A DNA stretch of 61,897 nucleotides, the filler included, from Choristocarpus tenellus KU-1152 (taxonomy: Eukaryota; Protista; Phaeophyceae): NCBI GenBank assembly GCA_964200185.2. It is 10 parts of 10 records of this genome, joined end to end, with 100 filler letters (N's around TTAATTAATTAA, not from the genome) between each part and the next. Parts side by side here need not be neighbours in the genome. Positions count along the whole stretch, not along the records: positions 37,332 to 41,152 come from CAXNAD020017736.1; positions 41,253 to 46,929 come from CAXNAD020010042.1; positions 47,030 to 55,379 come from CAXNAD020004820.1; 7 more parts are not named here. One strand, 5' to 3'. Positions 37,400 through 52,529 of the stretch are shown here, piece by piece. Made by a program: the position numbers and the translations under genes. Each line of letters begins with the position of its first letter. Within the stretch, counting starts at the first letter, position 1. The notes below the pieces were generated by a model. That model was not told the DNA's origin and made no database searches. It worked only from the letters and a program-made list of their open reading frames with translations.

Positions 37400-38100
37400 T
37401 CACCTCATTTTTTTTCACAGGGTTGTGTAGGAGCTACGATTAATCAATTCTCTCCCCCCCTCTTTATATTGGTGTACTCTTCTTTACGTTCACATTTTCC
37501 AATATCCTGCTCTCTCCCCATCCCTTTTAACTATCACATCTCATTATACTAATCTCTTCCGGCCGTACATCTACTCACAATCCCCAATTCTTTCTTACTT
37601 CCGTAGCATTCACTCCACTCCAACCCCCCACCTACCACATGTCCTCACACAGTACTTACAAATTATCTCCACCTAATTTCGTAGTGTTCACCCCGCCTAA
37701 GAAAACAAATTATAAGAAAAATTCCAACCACCACATCCCTCATTCAGTCCTCCTATCTATACAGGTTTTCTATTTTTCTTTACTTCTTGTCTCACGTCCT
37801 CTCCTAACTTGTAGCTATACTACATAGTATATATATGCGACTACTCATATTGACATAACCGTTGATTCACAAGGTATCTCTGCCTAATAAAAGGTTTCGT
37901 TACTAGCCTCGTACCTTCCGCGTGTGACCTTTGTCTGGGGTGGTCCCCCCTACATCATCCTACAATGCGCCCACGCTGTTCTATTTTTCTTGCCATATGG
38001 GTGGGGTTGGCCCCTGTCAGCAGCGGAAGACAACCCTGACCTATTATATTTTCTTTTTTTTTCGTGAATTCAACGGGATAAAACTTGTTAGTGACATAAA
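37400..38100 (-). mobile_element. Possible degraded non-LTR retrotransposon ORF1/endonuclease junction
   Basis: Minus-strand Cys/His knuckle-like fragments around 37950-38035, followed by purine-rich decayed coding-like sequence. Weak. Confidence 0.25.
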
Positions 38101-38748
38101 CGGCGCACTCTACTATTCGTCCCCAACTACCCTTACACTGTTGCTCTACCAGGACCATCAACCTTTTTCTGTCCTACTTTGTGTACGAACCTATAAATTA
38201 TTGTGTGTAACCTGCAGTATTAAACGTGTACTCCCCTCTCTGCCACGACCATTACCATTGGGATTGGCCCAATTCGTCATTTACGCGTTTATCCTGTTTT
38301 ACTCCGCCATAACATCGATAACATCGTGGTCTGTCCTTCGCACTTTCTTCTTCTAAGGATTTCCCCAGGTACTCCTTCGATAGTGTCTGAATCTCTCACT
38401 TAGTACACATGTCCTCACGACTCCCCGCCATTTCCACATGACCCTTCCCTCTTTCAACAGTCGGGAAGATTGTTCGGGTTCTTCCTTGATCCATTCCGAT
38501 GAAAGCTTGCTCGGGGGTCCTCCTTGTTCTAGCACCCCTCTCCTTGTTACCCCCTCTCAGATTTCCTCTTCAATTCAATATTGACCATCCCCTCATTCCT
38601 CGTGCCTCTGCTTGCCACTCATTTCTTTAACCTCCCACTCGTTCCTTAACTCTTTATACCTTCTTTGTTGATTCTTCTTTTCCTTCTTGTCCCCTTTCTT
38701 GCCCCGTGCCCCCAACCAACCAGAATTCTTCCACCCACAAAACTCAGA

Positions 38749-39008
38749 GAGCCAAAGTATCTTGGAGGGTAGGACCGCGTCCATTTGGGGGCCAAAATCC
38801 AATGTTGCGATTTTGATTTAACTTTGGCTGTCGTGTTTGTTAGTAAGTGTCTGTATATCCTTGCCCTGGACACACCTTTTCATAACGTATACATTTGATG
38901 TACTCGGAAACATTTTGGAGTGGGAAAATATCATAAAAAAACCATGGGAAGCCAAACCCCAAATTGATAAACAGGGAAAAACTCGTACCCTATAAGGTAC
39001 TTTCATTC
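38749..39008. mobile_element. MITE family A copy, 3-bp TSD AGA
   Basis: GAGCCAAAGTATCTTGGAGGGTA ... TACCCTATAAGGTACTTTCATTC. AGA at 38746-38748 and 39009-39011. Confidence 0.9.
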
Positions 39009-39199
39009 AGATAACTTCATAAACTTCCCTTTTTATGTTACGATAATTTTGGGAATATGAAAAATCAACAGTAAGGTCAATAGCTGAAGTGTTATGTTCA
39101 AGGATGAAAATACTGTTTGCTATCTTTAAAACCTTCTCGACAGCTAAATGTGTTAACCTTCCATTGGAGATACAAATAAATGTTTTCTAGTGTTCAGAT

Positions 39200-39560
39200 T
39201 TGCTTTGATGACAAATGTTTGCTACTATTGTTCCATGTAGCTTGTTATCCCTGCTGGTCATGGAATGAAGAAAATGGATGCACCATCAGTGTTAATAATT
39301 AAGTCAAATACATCTATTGATCAAGTGTAGAGCTCCGGCTGTTAATATTAATTCCCTTCTACGAGGACAACAAGACTGTTGTTGTCTTAGCACGTGGACA
39401 TGAAGTTCAAGTGTGTAAGAGAATATGTATATCAGGGTATAATTCACATCAAGTATATTCTAGCATGCAAGCAATTGGCAAACGTGTTAACCAAATTTTC
39501 ATGCAAGAGTTTCATTTCTGATTTTGTGCATTCCGCGCTTTCGCGTCGAGATTGAGCTTT
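39200..39560 (+). mobile_element. Ty1/Copia RNase H remnant
   Basis: IPFYEDNKTVVVLA (cf. IYEDN.SAI.LA) and IHIKYILACKQLANVLTK (cf. I.L.YV.T..QLAD.LTK). Confidence 0.75.
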
Positions 39561-39680
39561 AGTCAGCAACTTTGCAGCACGCTCATGGGGGAGTGTGCAA
39601 TACAGGCTAAGTAGTGTATACGGTTTTAAGTCTTTAGCGACCAGCACGAAACAACAGAAATGTTGACTGATTGGAAAAAG

Positions 39681-40750
39681 TGTCAACGATTTGTTTCCGA
39701 GCGCTTAGAGTAGTAGGTTGGAATCTCGGTAGATTGATTCATATTAGTTAATGAAAGCGGATGACGAGAGGGATCAATGAAGTAGTGTGACTGACCCAAT
39801 CATATTTTACGCTGTATGACTGATATTTGAAGTAGTATGACTGAGGCAAGCATGTTTCGATATGTCTGCTGACGTGTGCAATAGATAACGAGGCAGAGTA
39901 CCCCCCCACACACACCTCGGGGGATGTGCTCACTCCGCTAATAAATACATCCATACCACATAAAGCAAAGCCTAGTATTGGAATAGCTCTCTTTTGCATA
40001 GTTATTGCACCTAATTCGCTGATGATTTTGCACCATCTTGATTTAGTATTTTGAGCTGTACTAGTAATGTTTAACGAACTTCACCAAATATGACCCTCAT
40101 CCACTCCAGTGACAAAAGGATGCTGCTCTTGAAGCTCTGGCAATAGAATGCATGCTAAACAGTCTCACTCGAGAATTAACCATCCCTTCCTTTCCCAAGG
40201 ATATATCTTGTCGCTTAACCTATGAACCAGAGTAGCTTTGTTTAATTTGTATCCTTTAACACCTGCAGTTACAGCTGATGTGCTACGATAGTTTATGAAT
40301 CCTCTGCGTTGTTAGATTATGTTGGAGTTCTCTGTAGGAAATATTTTTGCAATTCAAAGTGGACGTTAACTTTCCCAACACCTTCTTTGGTAGTAGGGTT
40401 TGGGAGAACAAAGCTAAATTATAGTCCCTACCTGCTAAAATTGAGGGGGGTATTTTTGTTTGGATAGGTTTTGTGGAGGACAGTGTCCGAAGTCTATTAG
40501 CCTAAAGGCATGCTAACCATCCATAGCGATGCTTGCACTAAAGATCAACTTCTTGCTTTCTGTAAGATGGCCATTGCTACTTTCAAGAAACCAACGATTT
40601 GAGCAGTTTGTTCAAGGATAGCAATGGCACAGGGTGCTCTAGTTCCATGCGAAGGTAAGCATGCCACCTCCATGTCTAGGGCAGGTGATATGATCTTCTG
40701 CTTAAGTGAAAATTTTTGCACTTTGCCAACATTTCAAGAAAACTGTTGTC
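39681..40750 (-). mobile_element. Copia-like element 3' part: decayed RT/RNase H, polypurine tract and ~220-bp LTR (39681-39900)
   Basis: The LTR and upstream PPT/UTR match 18022-18309. Upstream minus-strand VDEGHI/LVKFV resembles the Copia RNase H end. Confidence 0.6.
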
Positions 40751-41252
40751 TAGTTTCTACCATTTGAAAGTGTCGTGTGTCTTTCATGCCTATTTTATTG
40801 TATGAATTGTCTGCGAATGATAGCCCCTGTGACTCATTATCTCTATCCTCTTTTGTTCCCTGGACGGGAAAGCTTTGAGAGTAAATCAAGATACACAGGG
40901 ACTCCGCTTTTTTATTCCTATATTTTGCAATTGTTTATGTAACAGAGCAGATTCCTCAGCGTAATGAGAAACATCTCCACGTTGCGTGCAAAGGTACTTT
41001 ACACAACCAAGAATATGGTATTTATACAGCAGCAACCTCTTTTGTACCTACTACTACTTGAGCCGCTACTGCTAGCACTACTAATATTACTACAACTACG
41101 AAAACTGCAATCTTTGATGAATATGCAATCAATGTATATAGTTACCTGTGATNNNNNNNNNNNNNNNNNNNNNNNNNNNNNNNNNNNNNNNNNNNNTTAA
41201 TTAATTAANNNNNNNNNNNNNNNNNNNNNNNNNNNNNNNNNNNNNNNNNNNN

Positions 41253-43862
<2,610 letters not shown>

Positions 43863-46800
43863 CACCAATGGCCTTGGTGAGGTCCATTGGACGCTCGTTT
43901 GGCGAGCATCGTGCGATGAGCGGTGGCGTTGTAAAAGGTTGTGTTAGGAAAAGACGTGAGCAAGGACATGGGATGATGAGGACAACAGTGTGTAAGGGTG
44001 CTGCTCTAAGAGGAGGGTTAAACATTTGAGTACTGTTGGTGTTAGCATGAACGAGAACGAGGGAGTGGGGGGTGGGGGAGGGTGTGGGGTAGAGAGGACA
44101 AGTCTGTTGGAGGGACCATCTGTTACGACTGAATGTAAGCGATCAAATGATGCGCTATTATCACGCCTGCAGTACTATGTTGTATCCGCTGTCTTTTTGA
44201 TTAGTGGAACAAGAAAGCCGTCATGATGAAGAGGGACTAGTTGCCGTAGTAATTATCGGATGTGGTGGTGTTGGATTATGGACTTGTGTGTTCTTGTTTC
44301 TGTTCTTGCGATGCATCTTTTTCATTGATTAATATGGATGGTATGTGGTACATGTGTGGGTGTAACATCCACTACCAGCGATGGCGCTCTTGAGGATGTT
44401 GGCGGTGCTTTGTTTGGTCACTGCATGCGCACAGAGGTGTAATGACAAAGGTGTCGGGAAAGAGATGCTTCGTAAGTTGTGCTGATGTGTATGTATGGTG
44501 GCCTAATGCAGAGTTGCTTGGGACAGGGGTGCAGTGAGATGGAGGAGGTGGGGTGTATGTGGATCGTGAGGTGGGAAAAGTATGCACTATGTATGCTGTG
44601 TCAGTATGCCTCCTAAGTTAAGCGACTTAGAAGTAAGTCTCCTGCTACTGGCCACATGCACAGTATCTTTCTGGAATGCACTGTGGGTTTGTTAGAGGTA
44701 CTTGGGTGAGAAAACTGTAAGGGCTAAGGCTTTGCTTGGGTTTTTTCATGAAGTGGTTTTACAGGAGTGCAGGGGTTGCTACAGCTAGCTGTGATTCCAT
44801 GCTTTTGCTGCTATTTATCGTCGGTAATGGTACGAGGAGGAGTGTCAACGTGTTGCTACAAATGAAATCCCAGATCATGAGCCTTTTCTCCTGGTATTGT
44901 GGACTCAGAGCCTGTTTGATTGTCAGTGGTGCAGTGGAGTGTCGGTGGTGACTACTTGGGTGGTACTTTTATGTTGATCATAAGTAGGGTTGTCATCGGC
45001 GTCAGTGGCACTTTGTATTTTTCGTACTAATACTTCCAAGGCGTAGTGATGCTTGCCAGAGTTCGAGAGTATTGTTGTTGTGTCCGGATGGTAGGTTCTA
45101 CTTTGCCGTAGCATGATGTTATGGAGGGATTAAGACATGAAGGTTTCTTGAACAGATAGGAAGATGGTAGCCTGCTGGTGAATGAAAAATGCATAGACGA
45201 GACGCTAGGTACTTTACGATGTTTTCAAGCATTGCCCAATGGCAGCACCCTGTTGAGTTTGTGACTCTGTCAGTGACTTTTTTGTGTGTTGTACTTTGAG
45301 GTTCTGATTTCATGGGCTTTTGGAGAGGAAGGGGGAGGTAGTTCACCCTTTAGGATTGTCTTGGTAATGGTGTACTTATTTTCAGTTGATTGATGATCGT
45401 GCGTTTTTGTTGGACTTGATCACATACATGGAGAGCGCAAGTGGGGCATTTTCTCTCGTTTTCTTTTTTTACGTCTTGCATTATTCCTGAGCTTTGTTCT
45501 GATCGTGTACTTATGTAGTTATTGTTTCTGGCCTTGAGGGGGCATTGGGGTGCTGCCGTGTTTGTTCAGAGTGATAAAAGGGCAGTGCAAGGAATCACCG
45601 TAAGTCAACCATATTGTAATGAAGGAGGAATAACGAAAAGGTGTTGTGTGGGAGAACTGGTTTTGATTTGGACAATAAAGGGCAGAGACAGCAAGAGACC
45701 TTCAAATAGTCTATGCAGTATATAGTTGTGGCACGTTTCAGTGTCCGAAAAGGAGGGGGTAAGAGGATACGGCAAACAATATTTTTAGTCAGTTGTGTTG
45801 CTGTTATGCACATCAATCTTCTAGAATCACTATGATGACTGATACGATCGTATCCATGTGTGTTAAGTATATGTTCTTATTCCTCCCATAGGCATACATC
45901 ATTAAGGGAAAAATATAGTATGAGGCAAACAAACCCACATACAAATCGGAATTTTAATTTAAAAAAGCAGGTTATTCGTAATGCAACACATCGCTAAAGC
46001 ATATGAATAAATTTTACCTCAAGTAACATCTTATCTAATGACTCCAATTTCATTAGCAAGAGGAGTACTGTAATGTAGGTGGACTTAGTTTGACCATTAG
46101 AGAGATGGCATCCCATATCCACTGTGTTACCAGAATACTTCCGATCCAGCTTCTGTTTTCGTGTGTATGCTCACACCATTTAATCTTTCTATGTTTCCAA
46201 TTTGGGTTAAGGTATGAGGGTATGAGAAGAAAGAGTGGAACCAACTTAAAGTATGCCGTTTCGTCTTCCAACTCGTTGTTAGCGACTTAGTCTTCTTGAA
46301 CGTTCCATTTCAAATGATGATGCAATTTGTTCGTGCTTGCCTCTCTGTGTCATTTCAACTTGAGAACAATACTACTTATGGATTTGCGCATTATATTCTT
46401 CTTATTTCTTTTTTCTGAGGTGTCACAATGAGTTAGATCTTTTGTTGCATAGTTTGAACTAGAAGGTCCCCTTCTGTCATCTCTTCAGTTTTTAAAAATA
46501 CTAAGGTCGCCAAAACGCGGTTTTAGTATTTAAATAAATTATAGGGCACCAGTTGGAAGTGAGCTTTATGTTTATGGAAATTGGAAACGTTTGAGACCCA
46601 TAAAGTGCGTGCTTGATATCTTTTTAAATGGTAAGAACGGATATAACTGGATTTACTATTTCTAAAAATCCTCATGCACATGTTTAGGATTATTTCATTT
46701 TCAAAGAACAGAATGACAATTCGAAACTGTTTTGAACTATATTTCTGTTATTGAAAAATCAAGACAGCCAAAACACGTGCGTTAGAGTTTTGACAAATAA

Positions 46801-47952
46801 TAATGATATTCTAATCCTTACATCAACAAATAGAATTACAAACCACATCCTTCATTGATCCAATATGTTTCAAATGTCCGAAACGAAAAGGTCACAAAAA
46901 AACAGTTACTCTCTGTCTCTTTTCAATATNNNNNNNNNNNNNNNNNNNNNNNNNNNNNNNNNNNNNNNNNNNNTTAATTAATTAANNNNNNNNNNNNNNN
47001 NNNNNNNNNNNNNNNNNNNNNNNNNNNNNGGTGCTACCAGGAGAGATAGAGGGTGGGGGGGGGGGAACAGGGAGGTGGAAGCACAGGGGTCAGCAGAGCA
47101 GCAGACCATTGAGAAATTGTAGAATGGGAATGGGGTTGGAATATTATTAAATCCTCTTCTTCAACTGTCGATGCACGTTGAACACTCATGCATGCCTGCT
47201 ACATACAGCAAATAAATCCTAAGGAATTTGGCAAAGTACTTGAATTCATGTACATAATTTTTGAAAATAGATATAAAAAGATATCGGTTGATGAACTAAT
47301 GAAGGAAGGCTGATATGGGAGTGACTCGAGGTGGATCAGCTGAGTCGTGGAGAATCCATGTATACATTCAAATGGTTTGCAAAGTACAAAAAATTAAGAA
47401 TATAGTACTGTTGAACATACTGATGATATGCTCATTGCCTTCTCTACCTCAGGTTAGACTGGAATTCATCTCTTACCTCTCATGGTACCAAAGTAAGAGA
47501 TGTAGCAACAAAACTGCTACTGCTGATCTTGCTGTTTTGGTATGTCGATTAAGTAGTGAGTTTGAACACGGTGACAGTTTGGGATACAGTGTAATGTCTG
47601 AGCACAAAGGGAGTGTGTCTTATAATAAGATGAACCAAATCCACAACAAAAAAGCTGTATCAAATATGAGAATATTTGGTAGGATGTCTCTAAAGTACTA
47701 TGGTTTGATTTCCGAAATTAGATCAATATAGACTGATAAATATGTTCGATATATCTCAACATCACAATTACTCTGAGTCTAAACAAAAGAATAAATTCAG
47801 CAGAGGAGGACTCGCCGGCACTGGAGCAAAGTCCCGTAATGGAGGCAAAGTGCGCTCCTGCCCGGCCACTCTCCCTTTCAAATTTTCTTCAACAGTAACG
47901 GGTGCGAAATCCTAGAAAGGAGGGTAGGGCTACGTTGGGGCGTATTTCTCAC

Positions 47953-48481
47953 CGCGTGTTGAACTTCTTCAAGTTCTCCTGACAGCAACCTGTTGGCCTC
48001 ACTCTCTCGTTCGCAGCACCCTGCGGTTCCACAAACTCCTCGGAAAGCTGATCCAAGAACAGATTTTAGGCGGGCGAAGATGCCAGCCTTCGGAATAACT
48101 CCATCATCAGGAGATCCCCCCTGCCACATGGTTGGACATATCAAAGAAAGGGGATAAGTCGGGGTAGGAGCGATTCAACTCTTTGGTTGACCCTGCAACA
48201 TCTTAACACAGACGGGATAATCCCGTGGAATATCGGTTCGGAGGGAAAATGTAGAAATGTAGACTAATGCCTGGACGAGAAGTGACAGCTTTTTCGGTTC
48301 AGGTTGCTTTTACTCATGGACCCTGGAGGATGGGGAACGCTCCTATAGACCTCGTTCTTGTGATACTCAGAGACGAGCGAAACAGGGCAGAATCCCAACG
48401 AGATATGACGCTCACCGTGCTTGCTCCCACCATTGTGAGCAGCATCGCTCCCAAAACAAGATGAAACGCGAACTCGCCCAT
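47953..48481 (-). CDS. Possible small spliced gene with signal-peptide-like first exon
   Basis: ATG..MGEFAFHLVLGAMLLTMVGAST|GTGAG, and an in-phase exon 48120-47953 (CAG|GGSPDDGVIPKAGIF..EVQHA|GTGAG). No recognisable homology. Confidence 0.3.
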
Positions 48482-49014
48482 ATTGACCTAGACCTGATCA
48501 CAATATTGGATGATGATCTGTTAAGAATCGCGAGGCGATAGAACGGGAGGGAAAAGGGTTGAGGGTAAGGAGAAGACGTTCTACATGAAGTGTGTCATTG
48601 AGCGGTCTTGGGACCGTCATGATCCTACGTTTGGGGCCGATTTCGATGGGATTTTGGGATCTTACGCCCACACTCAAGGGGACGTTATTGATCTACAGCC
48701 ACTACTTGCTCTGATGGCAATTTCTCTGCTGCCACAAGACAGGCTGGCGACGCGTTCACAAGAGGCCTGTGACACACACTTCGCCGATGAGCATGAAGGG
48801 ACTGGCGTAAAAATAGAGGTGAATTAAGTCATACCATGCCATACCTTCACTGATGGATCATGATCTTTCCTCTGCAACGGATTTTCCTCCCTCCCAAATC
48901 TGGGCTACTCAGTTGGTTCTGTTATGTGTCACAGCCGAACGCACCCCGCTTTCTGTGGCGGAATCGTCCGTTCCCACAAAAAAAATGTGAAACCGTTCGC
49001 AATTACTCCTCAAG

Positions 49015-49082
49015 TTTAGGGTTAGGGTTTAGGGTTAGGGTTTAGGGTTAGGGCTTAGGTTAGGGTTAGGGTTAGGGTTAGG
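49015..49082 (+). repeat. Interstitial telomere-like array of mixed TTAGGG/TTTAGGG units
   Basis: About 11 units read directly, internal to the contig. Confidence 0.9.
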
Positions 49083-50018
49083 ATTCGAAGTGTCAACCAC
49101 TACTTTAATACTATTGACAGCAGGTACTATTATATGCAGTATGTTGAGTCAGGTCTTTCACTGACTCGTTTTAGAGAAACTTGACTCAAGATTTGAGAGT
49201 ATTTTATAATGTCAGCCTACTGTACGTATAGTATACACTCGGAATACCATAATACGTATATGTTCCACACAGGCAGGCAACACCACAACACACCCGATGT
49301 ACAAATAATGGGAGGAGACAAGTGAACTCCATCCATTGCAGTACAGGTTGAATCAAATAGTACCGACTGACTGACTGACTGACTGTCCATTCTTCCTCCT
49401 CCCTATATTACACAGTATCCAGATAGGAGGACTCCATCATTTTACCAAGTTCTACTTGTCCCAACAACAACAGGTGAAGAACCCACTCTCTTCTATGTGG
49501 GTAAGCATATAGAGTTGTATTAATTCATTCGCAAAGAAAACAGGGTGTCATCATCGATCGGCACATGTTTATTTCACTTTGCAAAAGGGTGGGGGTACAG
49601 TACTCAATATAAAAGTCATGTATACGGAGGCTCCATTTTTAAGATAAGCAGTGTTTATGTCCCTGATGAACGGATTGGACTGCCAGTTGTAAATATTTTT
49701 CAAAGCACTACAATTGGTGGTGGTAAAAAGCTCAATTTGAGCCAAACCAATCTAGACGGTAGGCAGGTTTGAACCTTGTTGCATTGCAAGCCATCTTCAT
49801 TACCTACCCTGCGAACATTTCATTGCTTTATGCCCGCAATACTGTACCCAAAATTGATATTCCCCTTTCCAAACACAAAGTACCCCACAATTCAGCAGAG
49901 GCTCATTCTGCAATTTTACACAAAGAATCTTCTTTACCTTTCTTGGGTCCTTCAAATGCAACCTTGCCTACTACCTCTCAATTGATTCCACTCATTAAGA
50001 ACAAGGATACGTATAATA

Positions 50019-52529
50019 CTCCCTCCGTTCGGAATTAAATGTAACATAACTTTTGCAACCCCGATGAAGAAGCAACATTCTTTTTTCACATGTTCATATT
50101 TTATGGGCGTGTTGTGCAGGCACGAAAAGGTTGCCCACCAAAATCTCAAGCAAAATGGGGCAGCCTACACCTATCTATGATTCCGCCCCAAGGACCTCCA
50201 TAACTCACTCCATTCCAGCACAGTATTTCACCGCATCCACCAGGATATCTGCTGGGAACTTGCCCGCTTTCTCAGTCTTTTCCTTGCTAAGATGGGGAAT
50301 ATTCAAGATGTTGTCACCCTTGGACCCCAGCACTTCACCATAGACTGTGAAGAGGCTCTGCCAGATGCACTCTAGTGTCCCCTGGGGCTACCTACGCACA
50401 AACGCCTCCATTGTGTCCTCCTCCAGCTCCTCTGTGTTGGTCACCCCAACGTCTTCCTTCAGTTGCTGGATGGCGTGAAAGAATCCCAGGTCGTTGACAT
50501 TGATGCCAGGTGAGTTGACTGACTGGGTCTCTATGACAATGTCATCCCCTGCCGTCTCCTCAATTGCCTCCATGTTCCCCCCATTGGTGTTTGGCTTTAC
50601 CCTGTCCTGCTGCTTGAAGATGGTGAGTTCTTCCGGACTAGACATGGGGGCCTTGATTGTGTTAAAACATAGGCTACTCATTTGTTTGTTCCTTGATACG
50701 ATACAGTTCCACCAGTCAACACTAACTGTTGATTGGTCTGTTATGTTTTGGACGTTACTTTCACTAGTTCGTCGTCACCACATCAACTATATCAGAACAC
50801 CTTAGTACAGAACAGTCGCTCAACACAAGTAGTAAAGTATAGTTAGCGTACGTCACTTGAGTTGCATCACATATTGTTTCAGTTTTGTTTTCTTGTTCTG
50901 TTTTCTGTTGTTTGTTTTTCTTTCACCCTTTCTTCTTATCAGCAGAAGATGATGCGCAAAATAGGACAATAGTGAAGTGTACCTTATTTTGTGTATATGA
51001 GATTATTGTGTTGAATTAAATCCATGTGATGTCACGACTAATGAGGTAGTACATCCAGATTATATATCGAATTCGTTTATTATGCATTCATTCCCTTTCG
51101 CTCGTGAAATAGGTAGCGAAAAGACAATAATAATAATAAATACACAATGAGAAGACACCCCACAAAGGTCACCCTTCAAATTTCAACCATGTAATCACGT
51201 TCAGCGAAGGGGAACCGAGTGAGGCTTCACATCTTCTTATCTTCACTACCGACAAATAGCATTACCTCCCAAGGTAAATTTGCACAGATGACAGTTGTAC
51301 GTTGATGGTGGATTGTTAATTTTCTTTCGTGACTGCCATTGATCCCTCAAATCGCACCAAAGCCACTCTGCAAACAACTGTCTACCAAACCCACACATGG
51401 ATGCAATATAATCAGAGTTAAAACCATCCGCGGAAACCCTTGCCAAAGCCTCTCCACAGGGCATGGACTTCTTTCGTTGAGTATCTCATGAAAGAACACT
51501 GAACCCACATCAAATCATTCTGGATTGAGCAACCAAGAATACTGAATTTACATCGCATCATTCTTGACTGAGACATCAATGACCTCAGTTACAACAGAAA
51601 AAATACATCGGTGCTTTGCAGGGAAATCACACCTATCCATAACATAGACTACACATATCATTCGCTCATCGGTGCTTTGCAACACTACGATTCCTCATCG
51701 CTCGTAGTCTACGCATTTTGCTTGTATGTACGATGCACTCGATTCAGGTTTCAACGGATTGCTGGGATGACATCCCCAATCATGAGCTCCTTCCTTATAC
51801 CTCTCCCTGTCCACTGTGGCTGGCACAAACACTTTGGTTTGGTGCCTTTGGGACGATGTTTACAGGAGCACTGAGTGTCCTCAGTGTCCACGAATTGACC
51901 AGATCCCAATTTTCCCATCGAGCCACATTCCATTGGAGACCCCCAGTTTCACCGCCCACTTGCTCAAGGATGTGTGGTGTACTGGTGTGACACTCCAAAA
52001 ATCAAAGATGCTTATACAGTGGTCACATTGCCCCTTGCAACGTCGTACAAGGTCCATGCATCCTCCCTGTGCGACCTGGCTATCATACTCCTTCAGATGA
52101 CGGAACAAAGTGGGTGATTAGGGAAATTCCGAAGACCACCGCAATGGCCGCCACTTTCCCCCAAGGCATCCGAGTCTCGTGCCCTTTTTTCCAGGCATTG
52201 CGCCACCGCACTGTTCTTCATCGGGGTGTTAGAGTCTGGATGGACCCCGGACAGACTCCTGAGCCCGAAGAATTGAGACCAAAGGGCGATTACGGGATGG
52301 GCGTGGCTCTCGAACGACAGGGGGCCTTCGTCCTACGCATCCCAATAACACCTGCTTTGACAGTTCAAGAGGTTCTTGAACCCCATCAAATACAACTCGG
52401 TCAACTTTGCACCAGTGATCCTCCACAGTCATGACAGCCCACCATCTCAAACTTTATACGCCTCCCAATGTATGTAAGAACTAATCCATGTCCGTAGGGT
52501 CATGTTACATTTTAATTCCGAATTGAGAA
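50019..52529 (-). mobile_element. Plant-type Tc1/mariner transposon (CTCCCTCCGT TIR, TA TSD), internally deleted and interrupted
   Basis: TA|CTCCCTCCGTTCGGAATTAAATGTAACAT at left; degenerate inverted copy ATGTTACATTTTAATTCCGAATTGAGAA|TA at right. Transposase fragments: WLDGKIGIW, HRPKGT..MIGDVIPAI, QQDRVKP..QSVNSPGINVNDLGFFHAIQQL. Confidence 0.9.
50660..51756. mobile_element. Solo-LTR-like insertion (1097 bp) with 5-bp TSD GATTG
   Basis: Begins TGTTAAAAC and ends GTTTCAACG (CA to CG). GATTG at 50655-50659 and 51757-51761. Removal restores transposase VIPAI|KAPM. Confidence 0.8.

Noticed and set aside
44000-46400. Short ORFs downstream of CK2
   Set aside because: No motifs or consistent splice structure; likely UTR or intergenic DNA.
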